Shown here piece by piece: positions 26,611-38,020 of a stretch of 64,000 nucleotides of DNA. Numbering within the stretch: the first letter of the stretch is position 1; each line of letters begins with the position of its first letter. The stretch is from contig JAFWIE010000058.1 of the NCBI GenBank assembly GCA_017533825.1, positions 17,728-81,727 of the forward strand, in the 5' to 3' direction. The notes beneath the pieces were generated by a model. The model searched no databases and was not told the DNA's origin. It saw only the letters and a program-made list of their open reading frames with translations. The DNA comes from Atopobiaceae bacterium (GTDB taxonomy: Bacteria > Actinomycetota > Coriobacteriia > Coriobacteriales > Atopobiaceae). Both the position numbers and the translations under genes were made by a program.

Positions 26611-26637
26611 TTGTTTGCACTAATTTCCCCGCTAGCA
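26611..26637. repeat. 27-nt conserved motif, copy 1 (ttgtttgcacTaatttccccgctagca)
   Basis: 26 of 27 positions match 33830..33856. It lies 52-78 nt upstream of the start at 26559. On the minus strand a TAnnnT hexamer (TAAGGT) follows 7 nt later. Confidence 0.7.
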
Positions 26638-26726
26638 GTCAGCAATTACCCCGATTCTTGCGCCGCGACCCCTCCAACCTGCGAATCTTGTAGTGGTTCA
26701 AGAATGCACATCCAAATTTGGGGTTT

Positions 26727-26741
26727 AGTCAAAATTTGACT
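26727..26741. promoter_or_regulatory. 15-bp palindrome AGTCAAA-A-TTTGACT (operator-like)
   Basis: Perfect 7-bp arms, located between the Nudix terminator and the promoter region of 25300..26559. Confidence 0.3.
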
Positions 26742-26779
26742 GAGAAGAAACCCGCCCCTGGATACCTTCCAAGAGCGGG
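26742..26779 (-). terminator. Rho-independent terminator after the Nudix gene
   Basis: The minus strand reads GCCCGCTCTTGG..CCAGGGGCGGG followed by TTTCTTCTC. Confidence 0.6.
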
Positions 26780-26846
26780 CCTATCTTGCCTTATGCCTAT
26801 CTCGCCTTACGACATCTCCCGAACTACCCCGAGGCGTCGAACGCCA

Positions 26847-27554
26847 TCAGATGTCGAGCCGATGGCTCACTGCGTCGCAGATGAGCGCGCCCGTCACCGT
26901 CTTGCAATCCTCGATGCGCCCGTCGAGCACGGCGTCGATGAGCTCCGACAAAGGGACCAGGTCCACATTGATGAACTCGTCATCATCCGGATTCGACGCG
27001 ACGAAGTGGAGTCCCGTTGCCATATATATGTGTATGAGTTCGTCGCAGAAGCCTACGCTCGTGGCGATGGTGGTGAGGAACGCCATCTGGTCGGCCTCCA
27101 TGCCCGTCTCTTCGCGCAACTCGCGCGTGGCACAGGCGAGCGGATCCTCGCCGGGATCAAGCTTGCCTGCAGGAATCTCCACCGTCACGCGCCCAAGCGC
27201 CGTGCGATATTGGCGCACCAGACAGATGCGACCATCGTCAGTGAGCGCCACGATGGCCACCGCTCCTGGGTGCCGCACCACATCGCGCACGGACTCTCGG
27301 TCGTTGGGCAACCGCACGTTCAGACGATTGACGTTGAAGATACGTCCGGCAAAGAGCACATCCTCAGTCTGCGGGCGCTCTTCAAGCAACGCATCGCGCG
27401 GGTCCTCTCCCCCGAGCACCAAGTCGCGACGTCGAGGCTCCCCAGAGACGTGATCGCCAAAGAGACGTTCGCCATCGTAGGTGAATGCCTCGACTGCATC
27501 GGCCATGCTGTCCGATGCAGCGGCAACGTCGTCGAAGGTTGGCACCTTATCCAT
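26847..27554 (-). CDS. NUDIX hydrolase (ADP-ribose pyrophosphatase-like)
   Basis: 235-aa ORF with GGAGGAAG RBS. Nudix box GKLDPGEDPLACATRELREETG. Confidence 0.85.
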   Translation of the reverse strand: MDKVPTFDDVAAASDSMADAVEAFTYDGERLFGDHVSGEPRRRDLVLGGEDPRDALLEERPQTEDVLFAGRIFNVNRLNVRLPNDRESVRDVVRHPGAVAIVALTDDGRICLVRQYRTALGRVTVEIPAGKLDPGEDPLACATRELREETGMEADQMAFLTTIATSVGFCDELIHIYMATGLHFVASNPDDDEFINVDLVPLSELIDAVLDGRIEDCKTVTGALICDAVSHRLDI

Positions 27555-27572
27555 ACATCTTCCTCCCGTATC

Positions 27573-28850
27573 TCACAACGCCCGCGCACCGATATCGGTA
27601 CGGAACTGCTTGCCTTCGAAGTCGATAAGGTCGCATGCGGCATAGGCACGTGACCGTGCCTCGGCAAACGTGGGTGCGACGGCAGTGACGTCAAGCACGC
27701 GACCGCCTGCGGTGAGCACGTTACCACCATCGAGCTTCGTTCCGGCATGATACACCGTGATTCCTGGCTGTGCGGAAGCCTTCTCGAGACCCGTGATGAC
27801 CTTCCCCGACTCATAAGACCCGGGGTAGCCCGCGCTCGCCAGCACCACCGAGACCGCCCAGTCATCGTCCCATGCCACGTCTGCGGCATCCAAGGTTCCG
27901 TTGTCGCATGCAAGAAACACCTCGACGAGGTCCGCATGCATGCGGGGCAGGACGACCTGCGTCTCGGGGTCGCCGAATCGCGCGTTGAACTCGAGCACCT
28001 TGGGTCCCTCGGCCGTAAGCATGAAGCCTCCGTACAAGCAGCCCGAATACACGATTCCATCGGCCTTGAGCTGCGCCACCACGCGGTTCATGACGTCAGT
28101 CATGGTGGCGAGGTCATCCGGACTCACCAAATGCTCCGGCACCGGAGAATACACGCCCATGCCACCGGTGTTGGGTCCCTTGTCGCCGTCGTAGGCGCGC
28201 TTGTGATCCTGGCTCGTGGCGAGAGGCACCACCGTCGTGCCATCGGTGAGAGCAAGCAGGCTGCACTCGGGACCATCGAGCATCTCTTCGATCACCACGG
28301 TCTCGCCTGCGGCGCCAAACGCTCCACCAAAGCACTGGGCAACGCCATCGAGCGCCTCCTCGGTGGTCGCCGCAACGATGACGCCCTTGCCAGCCGCAAG
28401 GCCATCGGCCTTCACCACGCACGGCCCGGCGAGCTCGCGCACATAGGCCTCAGCCGCGGCACGATCGGTAAAGCTGCGATACGCCGCCGTCGGTACGTTT
28501 GCGCGTGCCATGACCTGCTTGGCGAATTCCTTCGAGCCCTCCATCTGTGCGGCGTCAGCGTTCGGGCCGAAGCATGCGATGCCCTTCGCGCGCACGGCAT
28601 CGGCAACGCCCTCCACAAGTGGAGCCTCAGGACCGACGACCACGAGTCCAATCCCGTTCTCCGCCGCCCACGTCGCAACCTCCTGTGGGCTGTCCTGGCT
28701 CACCGGCGCAGACTCGGCCAGCTGAAGCATGCCACCATTGCCCGGCGTCACGTACAACTTGCCCGCGCGCGGTGACTCGGCAAGCTTGACCAAAAGCGCA
28801 TGCTCGCGTCCGCCAGCACCAAGCAGCAGAATGTCTATCTTGTTTGTCAT
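27573..28850 (-). CDS. purD: Phosphoribosylamine--glycine ligase
   Basis: 425-aa ORF starting ILLLGAGGREHAL, with an ATP-grasp core and GPNTGGMG. Confidence 0.95.
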   Translation of the reverse strand: MTNKIDILLLGAGGREHALLVKLAESPRAGKLYVTPGNGGMLQLAESAPVSQDSPQEVATWAAENGIGLVVVGPEAPLVEGVADAVRAKGIACFGPNADAAQMEGSKEFAKQVMARANVPTAAYRSFTDRAAAEAYVRELAGPCVVKADGLAAGKGVIVAATTEEALDGVAQCFGGAFGAAGETVVIEEMLDGPECSLLALTDGTTVVPLATSQDHKRAYDGDKGPNTGGMGVYSPVPEHLVSPDDLATMTDVMNRVVAQLKADGIVYSGCLYGGFMLTAEGPKVLEFNARFGDPETQVVLPRMHADLVEVFLACDNGTLDAADVAWDDDWAVSVVLASAGYPGSYESGKVITGLEKASAQPGITVYHAGTKLDGGNVLTAGGRVLDVTAVAPTFAEARSRAYAACDLIDFEGKQFRTDIGARAL

Positions 28851-28874
28851 TGCAATTCCCCTCTCGTAGGACTG

Positions 28875-28930
28875 ACGCGAAGGGGGCTATCCCTTATGTG
28901 CGCGCACATAAGGGATAGCCCCCTTCGCGT
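28875..28930. terminator. 56-nt perfect palindrome (hairpin) downstream of purA
   Basis: acgcgaagggggctatcccttatgtgcg | cgcacataagggatagcccccttcgcgt. Confidence 0.6.
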
Positions 28931-28939
28931 GCAGCTCTT

Positions 28940-30220
<1,281 letters not shown>

Positions 30221-30301
30221 GATGCTTCCTTTCGTGCGGTAACAGACAAACGATGAGTATAGCCGATTGGCACACAGGTCACAGAACGTGCGACCCGCTG
30301 T

Positions 30302-31693
30302 TTACACGTCGTGAAAGCGGTCCAACTCGTAGAACTTGATCGTCGAACCGTCGAAGCGCATGTCCACGGCCGCAAGGGGACCCGAACGGTTCTTGGCAAT
30401 GATGAACTGCGTTATGCCCTCGTCCGGTCGGTCTTGGCGCTCCGCCTCCTCGGGCGTCATCGAGCGGTCGAGAAGGATGACGATGTCGGCGTCCTGCTCG
30501 ATGGAACCGGATTCGCGCAGGTCACTGAGTTGCGGCCGCTTGCCGGTTCGTCCCTCGACCTCGCGGTTGAGCTGGCTCAAGGCAACGACGGGCACGTCGA
30601 GGTCCTTCGCCATGATCTTTATGCCACGGCTCATCTCACCCACGATGGTCGCGCGGTTGTCGTTGCGGTTCGCACCCGGTGGCGTGGACAAGAGCTGGAG
30701 GTAGTCGATAATCACGACGCCGCGCTCCCTGCCATGCAACATGCGCCTCGCCTTGGCACGGATCTCCGTCACCGTGGTACCCGGCGTATCGTCCACGAGG
30801 ATGTCGAGCTGGCGCAAGTCTTCGGTTGCCTCGAGTATCTGTGGCCATTGGTTGTCGCGGATGTTTGCCGAGCGAATGTCGGTAAGCGGAATCATCGAAC
30901 GTGCGGCGAGCAGGCGCTGCGCGATCTCCACCTTGCTCATCTCCAGCGAGAAGAGGGCCACCGTCGCGCCTGCCTCGGCCGCATTGACGGCCAGATTGAG
31001 GCAGAACGACGTCTTTCCTACGCCGGGGCGCGCGCCGATGACGACCATCTGACCACCACGTAGTCCAAGCAGGCGCGAATCGAGTCCCGGGAACCCGGTC
31101 TCTACGCCCATCGAGTCACTTTGGTTCTCCGCCTGCTCACCCAAGTCGTTGTACAGCTGCTCCATGATCTCTTCGAGCGTGGAATAGCTTGAGCGCACAC
31201 TCCGGTCGGTCACCGAGAGAAGCATGCGTTCCGCCTGGTCAACGACCTCTTTGGTGTCCTCGGGAGCATCAAAGGCTAGTGCCGAGATCTGAGCCGAAGC
31301 GGCAATCATCTGGCGCAAAGTCGCATTGCGACGCAGTATCTGGGCGTGGTGGGGCCAGCTGGCCAACGCAAACGGGTCCCCTGCCAAATCGAGCAGATAC
31401 GAGACGCCTCCCACGCGCTCGAGCTCCCCCTCAGTGCGCAGCGTATCCGCCAACGAGACAGGGTCGACCGGCAGGTTGCTGTCGAAGAGGTGTCGCATCG
31501 CATTGAAGATCGTGCGATTGGCCGGTTGGTAGAAGTCGTTCGCGTCGACCTCGAGCAGACACTCTTGGAATGCCTCGGCAGAACGAAGCATAGCCGAGAG
31601 CACCGACTGCTCCGCCTTTTGGTCGTGGGGCATGGAACCATGCTGCACGAGCGTCGCACGCGTTGGGTTTATCTCATATGTGGTATCCGGCAT
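30302..31693 (-). CDS. dnaB: Replicative DNA helicase
   Basis: 463-aa ORF with Walker A GARPGVGKT and the DYLQLL motif, in the conserved position after rplI. Confidence 0.95.
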   Translation of the reverse strand: MPDTTYEINPTRATLVQHGSMPHDQKAEQSVLSAMLRSAEAFQECLLEVDANDFYQPANRTIFNAMRHLFDSNLPVDPVSLADTLRTEGELERVGGVSYLLDLAGDPFALASWPHHAQILRRNATLRQMIAASAQISALAFDAPEDTKEVVDQAERMLLSVTDRSVRSSYSTLEEIMEQLYNDLGEQAENQSDSMGVETGFPGLDSRLLGLRGGQMVVIGARPGVGKTSFCLNLAVNAAEAGATVALFSLEMSKVEIAQRLLAARSMIPLTDIRSANIRDNQWPQILEATEDLRQLDILVDDTPGTTVTEIRAKARRMLHGRERGVVIIDYLQLLSTPPGANRNDNRATIVGEMSRGIKIMAKDLDVPVVALSQLNREVEGRTGKRPQLSDLRESGSIEQDADIVILLDRSMTPEEAERQDRPDEGITQFIIAKNRSGPLAAVDMRFDGSTIKFYELDRFHDV

Positions 31694-31710
31694 GGACGCT
31701 CCTCATAAGA

Positions 31711-31747
31711 GCGGGTGCGACAGAGGGAATCCCCCCGTCGCACCCGC
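31711..31747 (-). terminator. Attenuator-like hairpin just upstream of the dnaB RBS
   Basis: gcgggtgcgac pairs with gtcgcacccgc (11-bp stem). Confidence 0.35.
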
Positions 31748-31770
31748 CAATCGATCTCTTGGATTACCGA

Positions 31771-31789
31771 ACGGGGTGAGGCACCCCGT
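31771..31789 (-). terminator. Hairpin after the rplI stop
   Basis: acggggtg-agg-caccccgt. On the minus strand it is followed by TTCGGTAAT. Confidence 0.35.
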
Positions 31790-31799
31790 CCACGAGAAT

Positions 31800-32312
31800 C
31801 TACTCGGCCTCGTTCTCCTCGACGACCTCAGCCTCGGCGGCCTCCTCCACGGAAGCCTCCTCGTCCTCGGTAACACCGACAAGCACGGCGACGGTCGCGT
31901 TGATCTCGCGATAGAGGTCAACCTCGACCTCGTGGCGTCCGGCGTTCTTGATGGTGTGGCTGCGGGCGATGCGCTTGCGGTCGATGTCGACACCAAGCTC
32001 GCGCTTGATGGCATCGGCAATCATGGCGCTGGTGACGGAACCGAAGAGCTGGCCCTCCTCGCCGATGCGAGCGTCCACGGCAACTGCCTTGCCCTCGAGG
32101 ATCTCCTTGAGTGCGGCGGCATCCGCGAGGCGCTTCTCTTCGCGCTTTGCGATGTTGTGACGACGCTCCTCAAGCTGCTTGAGGTTGCCCTTGGTAGCGG
32201 GGACAGCGATCTTGTTTGGATAGAGGTAGTTCTCGGCGAAGCCCTGGGCCACGTCGACGACGTCGCCCTCGCCGCCCTTGCCGCGCAGCTCGCCCAAAAG
32301 GATTACCTTCAT
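31800..32312 (-). CDS. rplI: 50S ribosomal protein L9 with an acidic C-terminal extension
   Basis: MKVILLGELRGKGGEGDVVDVAQGFAENYLYPNKIA. Confidence 0.95.
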   Translation of the reverse strand: MKVILLGELRGKGGEGDVVDVAQGFAENYLYPNKIAVPATKGNLKQLEERRHNIAKREEKRLADAAALKEILEGKAVAVDARIGEEGQLFGSVTSAMIADAIKRELGVDIDRKRIARSHTIKNAGRHEVEVDLYREINATVAVLVGVTEDEEASVEEAAEAEVVEENEAE

Positions 32313-32332
32313 CGTGTGCTCCTTTCTTTGGG

Positions 32333-32605
32333 TTACCCGCGACTACGACCACCGCGGCTAGATACCACGGGGACGACGTAGGGGATGAGTGCCATCTCGC
32401 GAGCGCGCTTGATGGCGTTCGCGATGTCGTGCTGATGCTGCGTGCAGGTGCCAGTCACGCGACGGGGCTTGATCTTGCCACGGTCGGTCGTGTACTTGCG
32501 AAGGAGTGCGACATCCTTGTAATCAATGAACTCGACGTTCTCCTTGCAGAACTGGCAATACTTGCGACGCGGCTGGCGCTGATAGTCTTGCTTTTGCTGA
32601 GCCAT
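32333..32605 (-). CDS. rpsR: 30S ribosomal protein S18
   Basis: ORF 32333..32638. Internal start MAQQKQ at 32605. Contains [27 protein letters not shown]. Confidence 0.9.
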   Translation of the reverse strand: MAQQKQDYQRQPRRKYCQFCKENVEFIDYKDVALLRKYTTDRGKIKPRRVTGTCTQHQHDIANAIKRAREMALIPYVVPVVSSRGGRSRG

Positions 32606-32655
32606 GTCGTTGCCTTTCTGTGGGTGTGCCCATAGCACGCCCTAAGTTCTAACGG

Positions 32656-33312
32656 TTAAAACGGAATGTCGTCGTCGTACACGTCCGTCTCGGGCTGAGC
32701 CGTTACGGGCGCGGGCGACGAGGAGGCAGGTGCAGGCGCTGGTTGCGCGGTGGGCTGCGGTGCGGGTTGCGTATTGGGCATCGCATAGCCCTGATTGGGC
32801 GACTGCGGTGCGCTCATCTGGGGCTGCGGCATGGGAGCCGGCGCACTGTAAGTCGGACCCTGCGCATACCCTTGCTGAGATTGGCTTGGTGCATATCCCT
32901 GCTGCTGTTGGCCAGCCGCATAGGGACTCGGCTGCTGGCTCACATACCCTCCCTGCTGGGGAGCGTAGCCGCCTTGCTGCTGTTGCCGCGGCGACATGAA
33001 GTCGATGTCGTCAACGACAACCTCGAGCTTGCTGCGACGTTGACCGTCACGTTCCCAAGAGCTATAGCGCAGCTTTCCCTCCACAATGACCTTGGTGCCC
33101 TTGCGTAGAGCACGAGACATGTAGTCAGCGCGATTACCAAACAGAACGCAATCAACGAAGTTGGCATAGTCTTCCCACTCTTGCGTCTGTGGGTTACGCC
33201 TGCGATCGTTGACCGCCATGCCAAAGGTAAGGATATTCGTCCCGCTCTGCGAGGACCGAATCTCCGGGTCGCGCGTAAGGTTGCCCGAAACAATCACCCT
33301 ATTGATACTCAT
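32656..33312 (-). CDS. ssb: Single-stranded DNA-binding protein
   Basis: OB-fold N-terminus MSINRVIVSGNLTRDPE, a Q/P-rich linker and the C-terminal DDDIPF tip. Confidence 0.95.
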   Translation of the reverse strand: MSINRVIVSGNLTRDPEIRSSQSGTNILTFGMAVNDRRRNPQTQEWEDYANFVDCVLFGNRADYMSRALRKGTKVIVEGKLRYSSWERDGQRRSKLEVVVDDIDFMSPRQQQQGGYAPQQGGYVSQQPSPYAAGQQQQGYAPSQSQQGYAQGPTYSAPAPMPQPQMSAPQSPNQGYAMPNTQPAPQPTAQPAPAPASSSPAPVTAQPETDVYDDDIPF

Positions 33313-33363
33313 GTCTGTCTCCTGCCTCTCGTACGGAACTGGATTTGCCAGTTCCCTTCCTTG

Positions 33364-33657
33364 CTACTCCTCCTCCTGGCGCCTCACGATCATGTGCCTC
33401 TTGACCGCATCGTTGATGCGAAGGACACGATCGAGCTCTGCGATCTGGGTAGGATCAGCATGGAAGTTGATGAGGATGTAGTCACCCTCCGCGAGGCCGT
33501 CGATCTCGTAGGCGAGCTTGCGCTTGCCCCAATCCTCGACATTGTCGACCTGACCGCCCTCCGACGTGATGGCAACATCGATGCGGGCGCTCACGCCTGC
33601 ACGGACCTCGTCATTAGCCGAAGGATCAACGATGTACAGCAACTCATAAGCCTTCAT
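33364..33657 (-). CDS. rpsF: 30S ribosomal protein S6
   Basis: ORF 33364..33732. The start MKAYELLYIV at 33657 follows GAGGAGG. Confidence 0.9.
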   Translation of the reverse strand: MKAYELLYIVDPSANDEVRAGVSARIDVAITSEGGQVDNVEDWGKRKLAYEIDGLAEGDYILINFHADPTQIAELDRVLRINDAVKRHMIVRRQEEE

Positions 33658-33829
33658 TTGGTTCACCTCCTCTGGGCTCGTGGCCCCGGGTCGTGAAGGT
33701 TGCGCCCGGAGCAGGAAAGTTCCGCAGGACATGGTAGCACATGCCCTTGCACCGTGGGAAAACTCTTACCACCTTCACTTTCTCGCTACTATGCCGCCCA
33801 CCCGTCGCGTTGCGCCAGTATACGAGACG

Positions 33830-33856
33830 TTGTTTGCACGAATTTCCCCGCTAGCA
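33830..33856. repeat. 27-nt conserved motif, copy 2 (ttgtttgcacGaatttccccgctagca)
   Basis: 26 of 27 positions match 26611..26637. It lies upstream of rpsF. On the minus strand TATACT follows 7 nt later, the same spacing as in copy 1. Confidence 0.7.
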
Positions 33857-33944
33857 CACACTTTTTTCCCCGTTTTTTGCACCTTCGCAGGTAGAGTGCC
33901 GTGTTTCATTTTGCACTCGTCAAAACGAGAATTTTCTGACACGC

Positions 33945-35219
33945 CTAGTCGTCGCGATGCATCACGTCGTAGAGCTGGCTGTAGAGATCGTCAACCTGCC
34001 CCACATCACCCGCCTCGGCACCATCAGGCACGGAATTGGACACCGGCTCGTCAACGTGCACATCTCCTGCCGTAGAAGCCACCTCGGAAGGGGCGGGTAC
34101 GTCCTCGGGCGCCGAATCGAAGAGGACCGTGGGGGCGGGCTCGATGCGCGTCGTCGGCACCACGGATTCCATCTCCCGTGCGATGTCCGGCTCGCTCGTC
34201 ACCGTATGCTCTGCCTCCGTTCGCACCGCCGTCACAGTATCCATTGCGGCAGGCGTGGGGTCTTGAACGTGCACGACGGGCCGCTCCTCCTCGGGGGCGG
34301 ACACGGTATCGGCCGTGTGCTGTGTTTCCGTCGGGCGCGTCGCTGCGACGGGTTGCTCCACAACACTCTCTTCTGCAGAGCTGGATTGTTGCTCACGCTC
34401 GGGGGCGGCTCCGTCAGCCATACTCTGGGGCAGCGGGTCTTCGCTCCTTCCCCAAGAGGGAACATCGAACTGACGCATCCACAGCGCGACCGCATTGTAG
34501 AACACGAGACTATATGCGGAAGTCAGAATCGATACGCCATAGCCGAGAAGCAAGCCGAGGATGATGACGACACCGATAGCCTGCGAAAGTGCCGCCATCG
34601 CGGCATACCCGCTCGAGGAATAGCTCGCCGTCAGGACAACGGGCATGAACGCAATCCCAAGAATCAGCGCGATGACGAATGTCATCAATCCGATGACGAC
34701 GAGCCAAACAAATGCAAAGAGAACGAGATGGAAAAATCCCTGCACGTCGCGCTTAATCATCTCAAATATGCGGTCAACGCGATATCCCGCCCCGACTTTC
34801 TCGTATATGGCGGCTCGGACGCACGCGACGCAGATGCCGACGCCCACTATGAACTCACCGGCTACGAGCACGAGCGAGAGCAACACCTCAAGGATGTCCC
34901 CAAGCACTCCGGGGATGAAGCCGAGTATGAGGCTGAGCAACCCGCCCACCAGACCAAGGCACAACCCCCAGCCAAGGGTGACCAGAAATGCCCTCCACCC
35001 ACTTGCGATGCAGGCACCGACTTGGACATTCTTCTGCTTGGGCGATGAGTCAACGCCCCAAGCTGTGAGTCGCGCCCACTCCATCGCATAGCCAAGCGCG
35101 CCCAAAGCACCAACGATAGGTACGAGGTTGGCAGCGGCTAGTACGAGAACGGGCTTGATCCATCCCTTATCGCGGGTCAGCAGCGCCCACGAACGCTTCG
35201 CGTAGCTTCGTTCCTGCAT
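33945..35219 (-). CDS. Polytopic membrane protein with a disordered C-terminal tail (function unknown)
   Basis: 424-aa ORF with several hydrophobic helices in the first ~240 aa, then a P/E/T/A-rich tail. Confidence 0.6.
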   Translation of the reverse strand: MQERSYAKRSWALLTRDKGWIKPVLVLAAANLVPIVGALGALGYAMEWARLTAWGVDSSPKQKNVQVGACIASGWRAFLVTLGWGLCLGLVGGLLSLILGFIPGVLGDILEVLLSLVLVAGEFIVGVGICVACVRAAIYEKVGAGYRVDRIFEMIKRDVQGFFHLVLFAFVWLVVIGLMTFVIALILGIAFMPVVLTASYSSSGYAAMAALSQAIGVVIILGLLLGYGVSILTSAYSLVFYNAVALWMRQFDVPSWGRSEDPLPQSMADGAAPEREQQSSSAEESVVEQPVAATRPTETQHTADTVSAPEEERPVVHVQDPTPAAMDTVTAVRTEAEHTVTSEPDIAREMESVVPTTRIEPAPTVLFDSAPEDVPAPSEVASTAGDVHVDEPVSNSVPDGAEAGDVGQVDDLYSQLYDVMHRDD

Positions 35220-35309
35220 GATATAGCCCCCTTAATGGTTCTTTTGCATGACCATATATTACTTGACCTATAGCACAAGAGCCCCCGCAGGGGCTCCAGT
35301 AATCGTATA

Positions 35310-35399
35310 TGGCGGAGGAGGAGGGATTCGAACCCTCGTGACCCGAAAGGGCCAAACGGTTTTCGAGACCGCCGCATTCAACCACTCTGCCACCCCTCC
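35310..35399 (-). tRNA. tRNA-Ser (anticodon CGA), CCA encoded
   Basis: The reverse complement reads GGAGGGGTGGCAGAGTGG..GGTCTCGAAAACC..long variable arm..GGTTCGAATCC..CTCCTCCGCCA. Confidence 0.9.
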
Positions 35400-35443
35400 G
35401 TAGGGTGACGCGACGCCCCAAACGGGACGCCGCGGCTAGTTTC

Positions 35444-35535
35444 TGGCGGAGAGTCGGGGATTCGAACCCCGGATGCGCTTTCGGCGCATACACGATTTCC
35501 AATCGTGCTCCTTCGGCCAGCTCGGACAACTCTCC
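35444..35535 (-). tRNA. tRNA-Ser (anticodon GGA), CCA encoded
   Basis: The reverse complement reads GGAGAGTTGTCCGAGCTGG..CACGATTGGAAATCGTG..long variable arm..GGTTCGAATCC..ACTCTCCGCCA. Confidence 0.9.
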
Positions 35536-35632
35536 TTCAAAACGCGAACGCAAGTATAGCGCACTTGCCCTTACGAGCGCAAGACATGAATTTGATTCGA
35601 CGGTGGGCTCAGACTCGTTGCCAGGACTCAGC

Positions 35633-37474
35633 CTACTTCTTCACAAGGCCGTGGCGCACCGCCCACTTGCGGCGCTCCGTCTCGGAGAGAAGCCTCTTGC
35701 GCATGCGAATGTGCTTGGGCGTCACCTCCACGAGCTCGTCGTCCATTATGTACTCGAGCGCCTCCTCGAGGGTGAACACGCGCGGGGGTGTAAGCTGCAC
35801 GGCAATGTCCGCCGTGCTCGAGCGCTGATTGCCCAGCTGCTTGGTACGCGCCACGTTGACCACCATGTCGTCCGGACGCGGACGCTCGCCCACCAGCATG
35901 CCCTCGTAGCACTCATCGCCGGGCGCCACAAACAACGTACCGCGCTCCTGGAGGGTACCCAGCGCGTAGGCGACGGCCTTCTCGGTGCTCATGCTGATCA
36001 TCGCACCGTTCTTGCGCCCACCAAGTTCCGCGGTAACCGGCGCATACTCATTAAAGGTATGGTAGAAAACGCCTTCGCCATGGGTGACGTTCAGGATGCG
36101 CGTCTTCAGGCCCATGATGCCACGCGTGGGAATGTTGAACTCGAGCTGTGTCTGGGTCTCCCCCGACTCCATGCTCACCATCGTGCCGCATGCATTGCCG
36201 AAGGTCTCGATTACCTTCCCCGCGTATTCGTTCGGGCACTCGACGACTGCCTGCTCATAGGGCTCCAGACGCACGCCGTTGGGTCCCTTGCGATACAGCA
36301 CGCGCGGCCGCCCCACCTGGAACTCGTAGCCCTCGCGCCTCATCGCCTCCATGAGCACCGAGAGATGCAGGATGCCGCGTCCCGCGACCTCGATGCCGGT
36401 CTTGTCCTCGAGTTCCTCGATCCGCATGGTCACGTTGTTCTCGCGCTCCTGCATCAGGCGTTCTTTGAGTTGGCGCCCACCAACGATGTCTCCATCTCGG
36501 CCGACAAGGGGACTCGTGCTTGCCTCAAAGACGACTGCGAGAGTAGGCGGATCAATCTCAATGGGCTCAAGCTCAATCGGTGACTCGGGGTCAGTGTATA
36601 CATCGCCGATGTCCGTGCCTTCCACACCGACGACCGCAGCGATGTCGCCAGCTATGACCTCGTCGCACTCGGTACGGCCAAGATAGTCAAAGGTAAAGAG
36701 CTGCTTTACCTGAGCCATCACTCGCTGACCATCGTTCTTGATGACCATAATACGTTCTCCAGCATGGATAATACCGGAGAATACACGCCCGATGCCAATG
36801 CGTCCGACGTAGCTTGAATGGTCAACGGTAACGCATTGCATGGCCAAGGGTGCGTCCACGTCCACCTCTGGAGCGGGCAATGCTTCCACGATCATATCGA
36901 GCAGGGGCAACATGTCCCCCTCATTCGGACCATCCGCCTCAAGGCGCGCGAAGCCGTTCACGGCCGATGCGTATACGATGTGCTCCATCGCGAACTCAAT
37001 CTGATCGTCTGTCGCACCCAGCTCCATCATCAGCTCAATGCTCGATTCCATGGCGGCCTCGGGATTGGCACCCTCTCGATCCACTTTGTTGATTACCACC
37101 ATGATGCGCAGCCCGCAGGCAATGGCATGCCGCAGCACGAATCGCGTCTGGGGCATCGGACCCTCCGCCGCGTCGACCAGCAGCAACGCTCCATCCGCCA
37201 TCTTCAGCACGCGCTCGACCTCACCACCAAAATCTGCGTGGCCAGGCGTGTCGATGACGTTTATCTTCACATCGTGGTAGGTAATCGATATGTTCTTCGC
37301 AAGAATCGTAATACCGCGCTCGCGCTCTTGGTCGTTGGAGTCCAGCACGCGTTCCTGCACCTGCTGCCCCTCACGAAACGCGCCCGACGCGCGAAGCATC
37401 TGGTCGACCAGCGTCGTCTTCCCGTGGTCGACATGGGCGATGATGGCGATATTGCGAATGTGTTCTTGGAGCAT
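35633..37474 (-). CDS. typA: Translational GTPase TypA/BipA
   Basis: ORF 35633..37699 (GTG). The start [24 protein letters not shown] is at 37474. Contains DTPGHADF and NKVD. Confidence 0.95.
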   Translation of the reverse strand: MLQEHIRNIAIIAHVDHGKTTLVDQMLRASGAFREGQQVQERVLDSNDQERERGITILAKNISITYHDVKINVIDTPGHADFGGEVERVLKMADGALLLVDAAEGPMPQTRFVLRHAIACGLRIMVVINKVDREGANPEAAMESSIELMMELGATDDQIEFAMEHIVYASAVNGFARLEADGPNEGDMLPLLDMIVEALPAPEVDVDAPLAMQCVTVDHSSYVGRIGIGRVFSGIIHAGERIMVIKNDGQRVMAQVKQLFTFDYLGRTECDEVIAGDIAAVVGVEGTDIGDVYTDPESPIELEPIEIDPPTLAVVFEASTSPLVGRDGDIVGGRQLKERLMQERENNVTMRIEELEDKTGIEVAGRGILHLSVLMEAMRREGYEFQVGRPRVLYRKGPNGVRLEPYEQAVVECPNEYAGKVIETFGNACGTMVSMESGETQTQLEFNIPTRGIMGLKTRILNVTHGEGVFYHTFNEYAPVTAELGGRKNGAMISMSTEKAVAYALGTLQERGTLFVAPGDECYEGMLVGERPRPDDMVVNVARTKQLGNQRSSTADIAVQLTPPRVFTLEEALEYIMDDELVEVTPKHIRMRKRLLSETERRKWAVRHGLVKK

Positions 37475-37583
37475 GGGCACCTCTTGTTCATGCGTTGAGA
37501 CAACCGCATGAGTGTAGCGCATTTCCAAGGAAGTGCCATAGCAGCGATGGCAGGGCGCAGGCACATCCCCCCAGAACCACCAT

Positions 37584-38009
37584 CTAGATGAGTGGTTCCT
37601 CCTCACCAGCGGGCGCAGGATCCGTCCAGGCGAATCCATCCCCACATCCGCGTCCCTCGAAGAGCGAGAACGCAGAGAAACTCGGCCGTCCGCGCTCACC
37701 GAACTCCATGATCAGCGCGTCAGCATAGCCGCCCCCCTCGGACTCGATGGCACCCTCGTAGGCAATGGCATAGCGCAGGGCACCATGGGTCCTCCTCACC
37801 CGTTCGCGCGCAGCCTGCAGCATCGCATCGATGCCGTCGTTGGTGAACTGCATGGAGTCATACGACGCGTCTTCTTTCTGTATTACCACGAGTACGCCTA
37901 CGTATTCTCCCTCCGCGAGCATGTCGAGCGCATCGCCCATCAATGTGCTACTTAAGTCATCTAGCTGCTGTGATACAGTTCCATAGTATGTATTATCGTC
38001 CACACACAT
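37584..38009 (-). CDS. Hypothetical cytoplasmic protein, 141 aa
   Basis: ORF 37584..38090. The start MCVDDNTYYG at 38009 follows AGGTGG. It begins 11 nt after the upstream gene's stop. I recognise no motif. Confidence 0.5.
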   Translation of the reverse strand: MCVDDNTYYGTVSQQLDDLSSTLMGDALDMLAEGEYVGVLVVIQKEDASYDSMQFTNDGIDAMLQAARERVRRTHGALRYAIAYEGAIESEGGGYADALIMEFGERGRPSFSAFSLFEGRGCGDGFAWTDPAPAGEEEPLI

Positions 38010-38020
38010 CACAATACCAC

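Noticed and set aside
35167-35553. 128-aa minus-strand ORF
   Set aside because: It is composed almost entirely of two tRNA-Ser genes and their spacer, so it is not coding.
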